A stretch of DNA of 64,000 nucleotides from contig CBDCCZ010000019.1 in NCBI GenBank assembly GCA_965215005.1, positions 98,574 to 162,573 on the forward strand, written 5' to 3'. Shown here one piece after another: positions 63,809 to 64,000 of this stretch. Each line of letters opens with the position of its first letter. Within the stretch, counting starts at the first letter, position 1. A model generated the notes under the pieces. That model did no database searches. It was not told the origin of the DNA and saw only the letters and a program-made list of their open reading frames with translations. The stretch comes from Kofleriaceae bacterium. GTDB taxonomy: Bacteria > Myxococcota_A > Polyangia > Haliangiales > Haliangiaceae. Both the position numbers and the translations under genes were made by a program.

Positions 63809-64000
63809 TCAGCCCGCGACGAAGTTGCTCGGGTCGAGAAGCTCGATCCGCTTGACGTCCGACTCGTAGGTCTCTTGATCGCGGGGATTACGGCTCAGCG
63901 CCAAGAACGTGCAGTCCTCGGGGAACACCGAGGCATGCTCTTCCATCGGCGGCGTGAACACCATCTGCCCCGCTTCGATGGTCACCTTGGTGGGCTCCTG
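63809..64000 (-). CDS. Cupin-domain protein, 5'-partial (not in the ORF track)
   Basis: Translates QEPTKVTIEAGQMVFTPPMEEHASVFPEDCTFLALSRNPRDQETYESDVKRIELL..., a cupin motif 2. Confidence 0.75.
   Translation of the reverse strand, partial: QEPTKVTIEAGQMVFTPPMEEHASVFPEDCTFLALSRNPRDQETYESDVKRIELLDPSNFVAG

Overview
High-GC chromosomal segment from a myxobacterium, inferred from the Glt-type cluster, the Hanks kinase and the short OPX protein. (1) 1-5.5 kb: accessory region at the 3' end of tRNA-Ala(CGC), holding the right end of an IS66 that truncates a WD40 Ser/Thr kinase, an orphan lipoprotein and a probable tyrosine-integrase remnant. (2) 5.7-20.2 kb: core genes (tlyA, nucleotide-sugar enzymes, PP2C phosphatase, DnaJ-TPR, GntR, gatCAB, rplU-rpmA). 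(3) 20.3-23.8 kb: a non-coding array of at least 21 palindromic 23-bp units with a 35-37 bp period and a 144-bp higher-order repeat. It lies between rpmA and obgE and is split by a complete IS66 with an 8-bp target duplication. (4) 24-37.6 kb: obgE, a GltC/D/E/F/G-like operon with a structured in-frame 237-nt insert, and an SLC13 permease. (5) 39.4-64 kb: Wzx/Wzy-type polysaccharide cluster with C-methyl-sugar enzymes, interrupted by a cassette of a DUF2946-like leader ORF, a TonB-dependent receptor and a lipoprotein. The best candidates for novelty are the palindrome array, the putative metal-sensing leader peptide with a non-RAPP end (PKQSPP), the in-frame insert in the Glt operon, and a G/C skew polarised at junctions. 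All calls come from reading the sequence by eye; no database searches were run.
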